DNA of 64,000 bases from Blepharisma stoltei ATCC 30299 (GCA_965603825.1 CBFDEM010000045.1:519035-583034), one strand, 5' to 3'. Counted from the first letter of the stretch, positions 40,209-52,856 are shown. The notes: generated by a model not told the origin, from the sequence alone. Numbers and translations: made by a program.

Positions 40209-40677
40209 TTTTTCAACAGTATGATGCAATAGAGATGGTGAAGAGAAAATAGCAGTTTCTTTGATTTAATTGAGATAATAATCAATTATTAGAAAATTTA
40301 AGCAGAAAGCTTGACTTGATAAAAATAGAAATTGTTCAATGGGGAGGGAACAAAAAATATTTTCTTACAACCTCAAATAAAGCAAGGAGACTTGGATGAT
40401 TTCTCAAAAAATCACTTTTTTACTTAATTCTCCTTTAAGAAAAAAAGATTCATAATTCTTTGGCTTAATTCTCCCCAAAAGTCATTTAAATAAAAACTCC
40501 ATTATGTATCCATATTCTAAAATAATTAATAATTGGAAATTGATATTAAACTTTTATATATATTTCAAGTACGCATAAAAATTGTCAATATAATAACACT
40601 AATATAAATAGATTTATTTAAAACAATTGAATGATTTCGCTTCAAATTGAATTATTATAGAATGCTATTAAGTTATC

Positions 40678-41595
40678 ATGTCATCTAAGTTTGTAAAACT
40701 TGCTCTTATAGGGAGTGCAGCAATAATTGGTGTCTCTTCTTTGCTTTATTACTACCAAAATGACATGATTTATATTCCAAATTACCCTTCAAGAGAATAT
40801 CGATCTCCAGATAATAATCCAGATGGATACAAAACTCCTTCAGAAAGAAACATTCCTTATAAAGACATTCATCTTAAAACAAGTGACGGAGAAACCCTTC
40901 ACTGCTGACTCATGCTGCAAGAAAGCCGTGATGTTCCAACTATTTTGTTTTTCCATGCCAATGCTGGAAACATGGGGATGCGTATGGACGTCATTGAGCA
41001 GTTTTACAAAGAAATTGGAGTCAATGTTTTCATAATTTCTTATAGAGGCTATGGAAAATCTACTGGAAAGCCAAGTGAAAAAGGTTTACAATCGGATGCA
41101 GAAGCGGCTGTTTCTTATTTATTCAATGAGGATTTGATATTAAACAAAAAGAAAATTTTCATTTATGGAAGCAGCCTTGGAGGAGCTGTCGCAATTTTTA
41201 CAGCGTGGAAATTTCAAGGTCTTCCTGTAAGATTTATTTAGTTTGGAGGGCTTATATTAGAAAACACATTTACAAGTTTGCCTAAGCTTGTAGATAAGCT
41301 AATGCCGGCTATCAGTTGGCTTAAATGACTTGTTTTGGCTAACTACTGGCCTAGTTTGAATAGAATTCAAGAGATAAAAATCCCTGTTCTATTCATATCA
41401 GGAGTAAGAGACGAGTTAATACCTCATGGACATATGATTGAGTTAAAGCAAGCAGCAAGGCAAGCAAAATTTACTGATTGGGTACGTTTTATATAGAAAC
41501 TTGTAAAGGACGGAGAACATAACACAACTTGGTGAAAGGCAGGACATAATTATCCAGTTTGAATCAGAGAGTTTATAAATAGATCAATAAATTAG
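40678..41595 (+). CDS. ABHD13/BEM46-like alpha/beta hydrolase, two 15-nt introns
   Basis: FHANAGN, YRGYGKS, GSSLGG nucleophile, ENTF, DELIP, GEHN. The triad is complete only after removing introns 41227-41241 and 41482-41496. Confidence 0.92.
41227..41241 (+). other. 15-nt intron GTAAGATTTATTTAG
   Basis: Removal restores the conserved GLILENTF motif. Confidence 0.92.
41482..41496 (+). other. 15-nt intron GTACGTTTTATATAG
   Basis: Removal restores the catalytic His motif GEHN. Confidence 0.92.
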
Positions 41596-41654
41596 CTAAA
41601 GCATCTGAAATGGCTCGGAAATTTCATCAATAGATTAATAAATACATTAGATAA

Positions 41655-42311
41655 ATGTCGATTTCCTTTTTTCCAGTAATTAATGAAAGCCAAGATCATT
41701 GGGTCCCTTGGAATCGTTTCAATAAACGGGCCATACTAGTTGAACCATCTCGAATTGCACGATTTTCAAATTCACGATCTCCTCCTCAATCTCCTATGAT
41801 GAAAAGCCAATTATCTTCTTTTCAAAACTCTCCAACAAGAAAAAACCAAAAAAGCTTGTTCTTCCCAACTCCAGAGCCAAGCTTCTCAGATGCTTTACCA
41901 TACCAAGCATTGGAAGGGCGACCAAAAACAGCTATATTTAAAGAAAAAATAAGAATGTCAGCACATTCGCAGATAAATGACGATTATTATAACTCACTCT
42001 CAAACGAAAATTACGACTCCAAACTAAAGTGCATGCTCAAACCGACAAAACTGAAATTTATACTAACGAAATTTGATCCTTCTAGGCTGCTCAGTCCTCA
42101 AAGAAAGCAAAAATTTTATCATTATCCTCAATCTTCAGAAAAGAAAACTGAAAAAAATTTAGGACCGATGCTTAAAGGAGTTAAAATTCAGCCATTTGGG
42201 CATCCTAGGGCACGCACTCAGAAGAGGCAGGCAAGGCCTAAAAAATTTTTGAAAAGTTGCTCTATGATTTCAACTGAAGAAATATTTGAGGTGAGCCAAA
42301 CAATTTTGTAA
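41655..42311 (+). CDS. Basic low-complexity hypothetical protein
   Basis: Intact 218-aa ORF, rich in S/P/K. Confidence 0.6.
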   Translation: MSISFFPVINESQDHWVPWNRFNKRAILVEPSRIARFSNSRSPPQSPMMKSQLSSFQNSPTRKNQKSLFFPTPEPSFSDALPYQALEGRPKTAIFKEKIRMSAHSQINDDYYNSLSNENYDSKLKCMLKPTKLKFILTKFDPSRLLSPQRKQKFYHYPQSSEKKTEKNLGPMLKGVKIQPFGHPRARTQKRQARPKKFLKSCSMISTEEIFEVSQTIL

Positions 42312-42374
42312 TAGTTAATCGTATTTTAAATTATAAATTTCATTGCGTTACTATCTAAAATTTATTATGTAGAT

Positions 42375-43626
42375 TTACTTTTTAGAGTTTTTCCTCACAT
42401 CCTTTTTCCTGGGAGAATGCGTTTCTATTTTTTTGTTATGCAAACCTTGTTCCATTGGCTTGGCGGTGACCTTCAGGACTTTTCCGGGTCTTGCACTTTT
42501 CTTTCCCGGCTCATTAATCGCAGGAGACCTTTCCTCTTCAGACTCTGGGCTTAAGCTCGCGTCTCTTTCAAATCGATACTTATACAAGTGTTCAATAATC
42601 CTTAGCGACCCCCACCTTCTTCTAGGATTTCTCCTCAAAATTCCTCTAATCAGCTTATGCCACGGTCTAGATACCGTATTTGGCAATGGCTGATATTCAC
42701 AATTCACAATTTTTCGAATGATTTCCTCTTGAGTTTCATATTCAAAGGGGTGAACTCCTGACAGCAGATAATAAAACATGCACCCTATACTCCAAATATC
42801 TAGCACAGGATTTGCTCGATTATCTTCTTTAGTCAGTACTTCAGGCGCAATATAAAGCAAAGACCCAGCGTCACTTCTCTCACTATGAGCTCCTGCAAAC
42901 ATCCCAGCGATCCCAAAATCTACGATTTTAATTTGTGTTTTGGAGTCGTTTGAAAACAAAATGTTTTCAAGCTTCAAGTCCCTGTGGATTATTTTCATAT
43001 CGTGGCAGTATTTAATTGCTTCTACCATTTGGCAGCCTATATGATAGAGTTCATCTTCTGAAATTGGTCCATGCTCTTCTAGATATTGCTGCATCTCTCC
43101 ACCACCGCAGTATTCCATGACAAAGCAGATTTTGTCTCTGAGGGGAAACGCATCGTAAAGCTGGACAATATTTGGGTGCCGTAGTCCTCTTAAAACGCCA
43201 ATTTCAGCATAGACACGATTGACGTCGTCAGCTGAGATAAGGGAGTCTAAGGGGACAAACTTCAAAGCTGCAAGGTTTTTGTTTATTTTGTGCTCGTAGA
43301 GTCAGACTGAGCCAAATCCTCCTTCTCCTAGTTGTTTTATCGGCTCATATACCAAAATGCTTGAATCTTTTGAAAATTCTTCGCCTCGTGATAGAAATAG
43401 TGGCTCATCTGGGTTTAAATAGTCTAAATCGTCATCAGAAAGCTCACCTCCTCCAGAATCAAATAGTTTGCATTTTGTATGACTGTCGACATCTAGCTTT
43501 TCTTTGCAATCTGAAACCAGCTCAGATAGGGTCATATGCCCATGAACAGTGACTTCGCATTTCTTATTTAAGTCTCCATTCAAAAAGACGTTTACCTGAA
43601 TTTAAAGTTACCCTATTTGATTCCAT
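42375..43626 (-). CDS. KHA-domain Ser/Thr kinase, paralog of 29750; one 16-nt intron
   Basis: MESNR|VNVFLNG after intron 43596-43611. GEGGFGSV(TGA), HRDLKLEN, DAGSLLYIAPE. Confidence 0.9.
43596..43611 (-). other. 16-nt intron GTAACTTTAAATTCAG
   Basis: Links ATG 43626 in frame to the KHA domain. Confidence 0.75.
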
Positions 43627-43887
43627 GACTTAGATTTTCTTATGTTTAATTTCTATTTTTCAGGATTTTTCAAACAAATACAATTTAAATTTTATTATCC
43701 TAAACTTATATGGCCGATCCATTTCTCCTTCTCTTCAAAGCATTTTCCCAGCTCTCGGTACGATAAGTCTCCATAAAATTTAAATTTATAAGATTCTTCT
43801 CTCAAAAAAAAAATAAGGGAGTTTTGATAATTATAAAGATATTCAAAAAAAAATAACATCATCTCTATAAAATGGTGATATAAATAA

Positions 43888-44874
43888 ATGCAGTATAACC
43901 ATTTCATCGTTGAATGTCCTCGAATTACTAAGACCAACTGTGGGGTTTGTTTAGAGGCAATTCATAAAACTGATATAAGAATAAAGATTTGGCATTATGA
44001 GAAGTCAGAGTTTTACCATCTTGAATGCTACAAACCGAAACTGCAACAGTATATAAGCTCTCGGCATATAACAAGCTATCTCAAAGGGGAGTACGCAGAA
44101 AAGTTTCAAAGCTGATTGAACGAGTGAAATTTAAAATTTCCTCCATTGGACAAGCCGTCTCATTTTCCGCCGAAACTGATAAAACATGTTGAATCTCAGC
44201 AGTCAAGGCGAAAACGTTCTTGGCTTGAAATTTTTAAATTCCTTCGTCCAAGAGAAGTTCTGAATTCTATAGCTTTTGTCAATAAAGAATTTTATCATCT
44301 TACCTGGGACCAAGAACTCTGGCGCCACTATTGCATAATTTTTTTTGATGTCCAAGCTTCTATTGTTGACTGGCGAGCGTACTATTGCACTTTGTCCTTG
44401 CAAGCGTGTTTCGGATGTAAAGCAATAATTCAAGACTCGGAATTTCACCGTTGCCCTCTCCTTAATAAGCCCTTATGCAAAAAGTGCAGAAGACAGGATT
44501 CGAAATTCAAAGTTTACCATAAAAATGCGATTTTTTCCAAGTATGGGATCAACCCGAATGTGTTAAATCTTGAATATGTTCCTGGATTTAACAATCGGAA
44601 GGTGACCTATCATTTTATGATTGAAAAAGCGTTGTATAGTTTTAGGGAAAAGAATAAAGAAGTCATTTTAGCGTATTTTAGGAAGCTAAAAGGCTTTGAC
44701 GACCTTTTGAAAATAGTTGAAGAAATAGATTTAGCAAATATGGATGCTAAGGATAATTGGCATCTACCTAACTATGACCAGAAAATTCAGCACTCCTTGT
44801 ATCCTAGGGTTTTTAATTATATCAGATCAAAAGAAGGAGGACTGAGGTCTCTTAAAGGCAAATCAGCTGCATAG
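43888..44874 (+). CDS. PARP-type zinc finger + F-box + XPA-like domain protein (328 aa)
   Basis: CGVC...YHLEC; WLEIFKFL...VNKEFY...LWR; CFGC...PLCKKCR. The two ORFs join over two TGA. Confidence 0.78.
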
Positions 44875-45247
44875 TGGCATCTGTATGCTTAATGAATTTT
44901 TTTATAATTTAGTTGCTTTAATAAATTGCAAAACTTAAATAATTTTAAAAGAATTAGATATTAAGAGAGGAAGATTATAAAAACCAAATAAAACATAAAA
45001 ACAGATTAGGATTATACTTATGAGGTTAATTGAATTCCCTTTTATTATTGCTTTGTTTTATTTCAAATTTGTTTGAAAAAGAAGTAATCATTGTCATTTC
45101 TTTCTGATAATAATAATTTTCCAATAACCCATGATGAATCTATTTATTCCACTAAAGATAAAAATTTATTAATAATCTCTCATTATCATATTTATTTGCC
45201 TAATTTATAAAAATATAAGCTATGACGAAATCATAAATATTAGCTTA

Positions 45248-46462
45248 TTATAAGTCCACGCGTGCTCGGCTACTCAATTCATTCAGTCTGCCAAACAAGT
45301 GATTTAGATAAAAAAACAGCAGAATGATGCAAATAGTATTGAAAAGTAGCAAACTATTGACTGAATTCGGAGCTGAGTTCAAAATCATTTTAGTCTTTTG
45401 CCGATATGCTTTTAAGTCAACTTCATCGTACTTTGCGATTGGATGAATTTGCTTTTCAGGCTGTTTTTCAGCAGGAGAAGGCACATCTCCCAAACATTTT
45501 GCTCTAGCTGATTTAAGCCAATTTTCATGGTCAGCTGCAACATCAGTTTTTGATCTGCTCTCAATGGTTCCTTTAAACATTGTAGATTTCAAAAAATTAA
45601 TTGAGACTAAGCACCTGAAAATAGATTTATCGGCTCCATTGGCTGTGATATTTCACTCATCTTCGACAACAAAATAAGAGCTATAGGGAACATCTAATGC
45701 TTTGGACGACGTTTTTATTATTAAATTTCCATCAACCCATTTGTATACTTGTGTTCTGTGGCATCTTGTTGTCTTTGGACCTATTGAAGGGCCATTTATT
45801 TTGGTTCGGAATTTGATTTCTCTGGTCCAGCCTCCTAACTCTTCGTTTTCGACTCAGTTGGTGATCTCAAACTCAGTGTCTTTTCTTTCCATGCAATAGT
45901 CCTTAATAGGATAAGTAGCGTCGTCAGCAAAAAAGAGTTCAAAAAATTTTTTGGGGGTTATAGGTAAAATGGCTTTAAGAGTTTCTGTCCTGTCGCCTTC
46001 ATCTTCTGTAGGAAGCATAGTAATTCCTTCCTTTTCCTCTTCTTCTTGCGTTGGAGGTGGATCTTCATCATCACTCCACACTCCTGTGTCTTGAGATTCA
46101 TCACAATACCCCGAATTTCGTCATAGACTATAAATGAATTGAAATGCTTCATTTCTTCTCGTGAACGACCCAAAAAAGAATGATTTTTTGTTGGCACAGG
46201 CGATTTCTATGGAATTTGTGATTGAGCCTTTATGCCTACGAATTGCTATGACATCGCGGAAAGGAATGACCTGCTTAGTTTTAAAGCCCAAAATGTTGGC
46301 ATAAAAACAAAGAAAATTGTCGGTACAGAATAGTCTGCCATGGATTAAAACCTTTTTCCTTAGCCCACAGCTAAAATCATCAAGGACATCTTCCTCATCT
46401 GGGAGCGAAAATAGAAGCCTTACGACTTGTTGAGAGTTCATACGTTGTGGTGCTCTCGACAT
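45248..46462 (-). CDS. GRAM + VASt (LAM/Aster) sterol transfer protein
   Basis: FSCGL...HGRLF...LCFYANILG GRAM domain, DVPYSSYF VASt motif, C-terminal TM. Single frame via TGA. Confidence 0.88.
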
Positions 46463-46534
46463 TTATAAATAATTTCTTTTTAGCTAAAAATATTTTAAAA
46501 CATATATTCTTCCTTGTTTATTTGTTATATGTTA

Positions 46535-47849
46535 TTAATTCACATCAGGCTTTATGATTTTCCCATGCCTCCACACATCTTTACTGGCTTTTCCATTTGG
46601 ATAGGTTGTGACTCCTTCTCCATGCTTTTTGCCTTGATATCATCCTCCTTCATATTTCCTGCCATCTGGCCACTCTAAAACACCAAATCCATGCATCATG
46701 CCTACTGCTCACTGTCCTAGATAGCTCTTTTTATCTGGCCAGACATATCTCCCGACACCATGCATATTGTTATCTTTTCATTCTCCTATATATTTGGTCC
46801 CTTCTTCTCATTCATAGATTCCAGCTCCATCTTTAAGATTGTCAAGGTAAGTCCCTATGTATTTTGATCCGTCTTTTCAGACATTTCTTCCCCATCCAAA
46901 TTGCTTATCATTTTTTCATTCTCCCTCATATGTATCTCCATCTGGTCAAATAGCTTTTCCTCTGCCATCTCTTAAGTTTCCATTTCATTCTCCAATATAA
47001 ACTGTTCCATCTGGATATTTAAATTGTCTGTATTCTCTCAGATTCATTTCTCTATCTTGTACAGCTGAAATAGCTCGGCCAAGATTGGATTCAATTAATC
47101 GCTCTACATAGGTAAATCTTTCTTGAATTTCTTGGATTTTCTTTTGGTTTTTAGGGCTTGTTGGGGCAGATCTAGGACTATTCCTTGTTTGCTCATATTT
47201 ATATCATAGTCACTCTATAATATAAGTTACGGTATCCGTCTTTCACTTTTTCTTTCCAAAGAACTGCTCCTAAGCCTTCTAGATTTATTTTTTCTCCAAT
47301 AAAAAAATAATTAAGCCAATTTCCATCATACTTGTCGCCATCTAAAAAAATAAATTTTCCTCGACCCTCTGGTCTTCCCCATGATCAGTTTCCTTCATAT
47401 CTAGAGCCATCCTGCCAAGACATAACCCCATGGCCATCTCGAAAAGAGCCTCTTCATTCACCAATATAAACCCCGCAATTAGGATATACCTTAGCTGGTC
47501 TTACCTCTCGATATAAAGGCGGAGATGAATGCTTGCTTAAATCATAAAACACTTCATTGCTGCCAAAATAAGGATAATGAGGTCTTTTTGCTCGTAAATG
47601 TTTTTTAAAATCTTGCCGCACTTTATAGGATCTTCATAGAGATTGAACTTTAATAAGATATGATTTTTTGTTTTTTATTAAATCAGAGTCAAGGGTGGTA
47701 TTTTCCCCTAAAATTATTGACATGGTTTCTCTATAGCCTTGATGAGAGGAATATAAGTCCTATATAAAAAATACATTACTTCGGAGTTCAAGCTCAGTTT
47801 TATTTTCAATCCAGTTGCAGTCGCAGGTTCTGCATGATACCTGTCCCAT
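46535..47849 (-). CDS. IQ + MORN-repeat protein (427 aa), two tiny introns; absent from the ORF track
   Basis: MGQVSC start, IQ motif VQSL(TGA)RSYKVR, about 9 MORN units (Y.GEW...G.G...W.DG), 13 TGA codons, introns 47760-47774 and 47215-47230. Confidence 0.88.
47215..47230 (-). other. 16-nt intron GTAACTTATATTATAG
   Basis: Needed to keep the frame between the two MORN blocks. Confidence 0.85.
47760..47774 (-). other. 15-nt intron GTATTTTTTATATAG
   Basis: Removes an in-frame TAG between the N-terminus and the IQ motif. Confidence 0.8.
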
Positions 47850-48397
47850 ATTTTTATTTTTTAAAATTCATAAATTGGCTAGGTCATTGCCTAATATATC
47901 AGACAAAATTCAAGGCATGAATTTATTTAATTTATTTTAGGGGATTTAAAGGTTAAAGTTTTGGAATTCTTAATTTTTAATAGTAAAATATTATTTAATA
48001 GATTTTAAAGTGCTAATTATTCGGCTAGAAGAAGGAGTGCTTGCATTTTGCATTTGATTAATGCATATAAAGATATTTTTAGTAGATTTCAATATTTAGA
48101 ATCCTTTTTACGATTAAAGATTCGCGATTAGAAATAATAAACCGCTTTATCCTAAAATAATTATTTGCATAACAGCTATTATAATTAAAATTTAAGTCAT
48201 GCATTCCATTTTTATCTGATGTCAGATACGAAAGGAGTATATAAAAATTGTTTACTTTAATCATATCAATTATCAATTTTTCAATATAAATCTACTTTTT
48301 TACCCCAGAGCATTGCTTTCCACTAATTAGATATCAAAAAGCTACCTTCCTAACTAAGTGCTTAAATAGGCCATTTAAAATAGTTTATAATAAAAAT

Positions 48398-49404
48398 ATG
48401 TTACTTTCGAATTTTGCTTTTGCTTTAGCTTTTCTTATAGATTTCTGATATTGGAATGTCTGCTTATTCAGAAAAAGGAATGAAAAGATTCCTTATATTT
48501 GTATTATCATGCTTTTGCTCAGCTACGCTGCGATTGAATATACGAAAGCACTAGAAAATATTTTTTCTTTTGAGTTTGTTTCTTTAACTATCAAAGAATA
48601 TTTCATAAATCTACCCCTTGATTGGCAAAGTTTTATTCAGATGGTTCAGCAGTCACATTATGTAAACATACCAAATTTAATATTTTTCAATGCAATAGTA
48701 TTAGTTTATCAATCAACATCTCTAGTACTGATCTGCATCCTGGCAATGATAAACAATTATTATTTTCTAACTATTGAATATGCAAGCTACGGTTGGATTT
48801 ATTATTTTTTATTTTTAATGACCATATTTTTATACATATATTTCAATCATAAAGCTTGGAGAAAATATTCGGGTCTCTGATTGTTGATAAAATGTATTCA
48901 CACTATTTTGCTTATTTTTGACTTTGCCAATTTCGTTTCCCAATTATGTGGCTATAACCTTAAAATTGCTGATTTGGCTTTATGGATGTTTTTAAAGATA
49001 AGCGGACTTATAGTTCAAGTGCTAATTTTATTATTTTATTAATAATATATTATTCAACCATTATAAAATACGCAACTCTCATTTTGGATGGCTACTTATC
49101 GAATTATAATGTTAGATTTCATCGAACTTCTTGATTCAAAGATAATCTATTGGGGACCTCTGGAATGTATGTTGTGATTGCATTATCTATTTTTACAATG
49201 TTTCTAACACAATATGAAGTTGGAGAATTTATTGAAAATCCTGCTTATTTAAAAGAAGGATTATATTTCTTAGGAGCTGCTCATGTTGGTTTAATTTTGC
49301 ATTATCCTAATAATGTAGCAGAGGATAAGTATATAGTCCTGAATACATTTGGGGTTTATCTGCCAATTTTAATTATTAGAAATTTATGGAGCTGCTTTGT
49401 TTAA
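48398..49404 (+). pseudogene. Multi-pass membrane protein gene, disrupted in its 3' part
   Basis: Hydrophobic frame from ATG 48398 through TGAs to TAA ~49040. Further hydrophobic coding continues in shifted frames to 49404. Confidence 0.4.
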
Positions 49405-50042
49405 ATAAAAATTATTTATGTTTTCTAAAATTAGCTTGAATATTAACATAAAAGGGTAATTTAAGCTCTCATATGCATCATATTAATTATTTTAAATAAT
49501 ATTCAACAAATTTACCTTTTCGAACGATTTAGCATAAAATGCGCTATTATCATAGTATAAAAGCAGAAAAATATGATGGAATTAGCTCGACCAACTGTGA
49601 ACTAGTTTTATTTAGGTTAATTTTTCTACTTCATGAGTGTAATTGAATATTTTATGTTGTTTTGGATATGAATATTTTATTAATAGCGCGCTTCCCCAAT
49701 TTTATAAAGGCTTATGACTTAACCGGCTTAAAAAATCAATTTGCACTTATACGTTATTCTATCAGATATATAATACTTTTAGTTGAAAATTTAAAGCTAT
49801 CTCCACCATTCGCGCTTTTTATTAATTTTTTCATAATTTTTACTTGCTCGCTAATAGTTCCCAATATTTACTGGAAAAGTAATTTATTGAATGAATTGCA
49901 GTTTTCCATAATAAATTATTAGAAACCCGCACCCTTTGAAATTCAAAGCACTTTCGAAGTTAAATCTTCAGAACTTAAAATTCCATACAAAGAATCCAAT
50001 TTTTAAAAAAGTCTTTATCACATATAATTCAGTGCTTTAAAC

Positions 50043-50696
50043 TTATATGAAGCCTAAATTTTTATTTAAAATAACATTAGTTGGAGTTTTGTTTCTTCCT
50101 AAAATTCCTACAACTGACTTCTTTCTGTTTCTCAAGGGAGAACTATCAACTTTTTCATATGTCAACTCTTTGGCCTTTTTATAAAAATAATGATCAATAT
50201 ATTGTATATCCTGGAATTGCTGATTAAGGTCTCCTTTCAGCTTCCCCACCGATGCAAATTCTGATAGTTGCTTTAGCTTGGGAAGAGAACTTTTATTAAT
50301 CCCTAATCTTGGGCTATCATATACAACTTTATCCTTTTTCAATTTTATTTTGTCATCTGCGAATAATTCCCTATATTTCTTGATCTTTGATTGGAATTTT
50401 TTTTCGTCATCTGTTAATTCACCTTTTCTGCTTTGGCTATTTGAACATAAACTTTCTTTTAAAAATAATCTTAACTCGAGGTCTGCTATGTTTTTTATTA
50501 GGGCTTTATTAGAGCTGTGTGGAGATTTGGAATTTCGTCTTTTTTGGTAGTTTGGAAGATCTTCCAGGAGATATGAGGGGATTGAAGCTGCTTTAAAAGT
50601 CTTAGATAGATTGGGCGGAGTTTTAGATATGGAGTTCTTTCGAATCATATTATAGATAATTCCTTCAGGAATATCTCTTCCTTGAATTGCATTCAT
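50043..50696 (-). CDS. Lys-rich hypothetical protein
   Basis: Intact 217-aa ORF. Confidence 0.6.
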   Translation of the reverse strand: MNAIQGRDIPEGIIYNMIRKNSISKTPPNLSKTFKAASIPSYLLEDLPNYQKRRNSKSPHSSNKALIKNIADLELRLFLKESLCSNSQSRKGELTDDEKKFQSKIKKYRELFADDKIKLKKDKVVYDSPRLGINKSSLPKLKQLSEFASVGKLKGDLNQQFQDIQYIDHYFYKKAKELTYEKVDSSPLRNRKKSVVGILGRNKTPTNVILNKNLGFI

Positions 50697-51548
50697 TGCT
50701 TAATAAATATTATTTTACTTCTTAATTTATATCGATAAGCATTATTAAATAATAAATATTGATTATCAAATGAAATTACTTTGCAATGATTTATAAAAAC
50801 AATACTTTTATATATTTGCTATGCAAAGTTGGTGCCTTATTAACTCCACGTTTTAATATAATTCTGGCACATGAAATTATCTAAATGTGGAATATTAATA
50901 CTGCTAAAACATTTCAAATGAAACAATGATCGATGAAGGATTAATTGCATTTGAATTGCATTTATTTGAATTTTTGTTTCAAATTTCTTCTTCAATTTTC
51001 ATATGTGCTAACATAATATTTAACTTTATCTCGGATTTAATTAATAATAACAGTACAGCTTAAAGCAAATACAATGTTGGGTGTATTCGTCTACTTGCGT
51101 TAGGTGCTTTTATTTTAAATATTAGCTCTTTATTGCAACCAGAATGGCATAATGATTTGATTCTGGTGGTAATCACTATTTCTAATTGAATTTCATCATT
51201 TATACCAAAAAAATTTTTATCTTGGTGATATCAAAGTGTACATTAATCTCTACGGGAACCTCCATAATTCAACTCGTTGTCAGTAATCTATAAGTTTTCT
51301 AATTCTATATCACGCCATTATTTTGCGTCCTCCCTGAACCTAAAATAATTATTAAAGGATTATTCAGTACTCTTGCATTTAAATTTATAATTGGCTGGCA
51401 TTTGTTTTATTCGTTCCTGTATCTCAATATTAGTTTGGTAGAGCATGGTCCTAAGTTTAATTTCGCCCAAATTAAATGTGAATGATTAATTTTCTTAATG
51501 ATTGAGTGAAATCAATGAAGAAAGTGATAGAAAAGACTATGTATTTAT

Positions 51549-52856
51549 TTATATCTTAGCATTACCTTTTATATCACTGCATTTGTTTCCTTTGGAAAGG
51601 CATCTTGGTTTCTGGTCTTCATTAATTGCTAAATTCTGATTTAGAGGGTTTTCATGGACTGAAGAGTGAGAGCTCCTTCTAGAAGGCAAGTCCAAAGAAA
51701 ACCAGTCGAACTCAAGGCTTTGTTTAGCTGTCAGCCTCTCTCTGGGAGCTGGCTCTGTTACGTTTAAAATCACGCTGATAAACTCTTTGGATGCTTGCCT
51801 TCACTCATAATCGTAAAAATGAATGTGGCATTCCTTATTTTTTAATAGAATCTCATTAACATTAGTGCCGAAGAATGGCATTTTACCACAGAAAAGTATA
51901 TATAAAACTACTCCTGCACTGAAAACGTCCACTTTTGTGTTATATACATCTTTTCTAAGTATTTCTGGAGCGATGTAGCCAGGTGACCCGCATCTTAAGG
52001 TTAAATTTTCTTTGCAATAATCAGCAATTCCAAAGTCAGCTAATTTAAATTCAAAGTCATTTGACTTAGAAGTAAGGATTATATTTTCTAGCTTGATGTC
52101 TCTGTGAACTATATGCATTGAATCGAGATAGGAAAGAACGTCAAAAAACCTAATTGCAAATGTTCTGATAGTTGCTTCAGAAAACCTTTTTTTCTGATTT
52201 ATCCTCTCATATAAATTGCCGCCTTCTAAATAGTCAAGGACTAAGCAAATCTCAGAGTCGTTTTCATAAACATTATAAAGCTTAACAATATTTGGATGGT
52301 CAAGCTTCCTCATGATATCAATCTCTCTGACTATAGAATTTATTCCATTAGTCATTGCACTAATCCTTGATTTTTGGATACGTTTTATTGCGTATTTTCG
52401 GTAATCTTCTTTGCTTTCAGCAAGAAAAACAGTAGCATAGTTTCCTTTCCCAATTTCTCGAATAAATATGAAATCATCCTCAATATCTGGCATGATACCC
52501 ACCTTAGCCAGATGTCCAAGTCAAATGTCTAATGTTTCCTGACTGTCTACATAAAAATCTCTGTAGCAGTCCTTGTACCCAACTCTGAACCCATAGAAGC
52601 TATTAACACAATTTTCCTCTATAAATGGTTCAATTCGTTTCCAATTGACATTAGTCATCTTTTTTACCTTATGAGACCCTATCATTGATTTCAATAAAAA
52701 CGAGTCTGTCAGTTTGTATTTTCTTTCTTTCAACTCCCCATTTTTTGACAGCTCAAACAAAGGACCTTGATACAATACAGTATTATTCGAAGGTAAGTAA
52801 GGTTGCCAAAATTTGGCTGAGTTCTGTTGCAGTTCCTTGTCAGTATCACAAAACAT
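51549..52856 (-). CDS. PH-like domain + CAMK-family Ser/Thr kinase
   Basis: YQGPL...DFY..SQETLDI(TGA) PH-like region; GKGNYA, HRDIKLEN, DFG, CGSPGYIAPE. Confidence 0.9.

Noticed and set aside
49662-49922. 86-aa ORF (also 48079-48276)
   Set aside because: Non-ATG start, AT-rich intergenic composition and no motifs.
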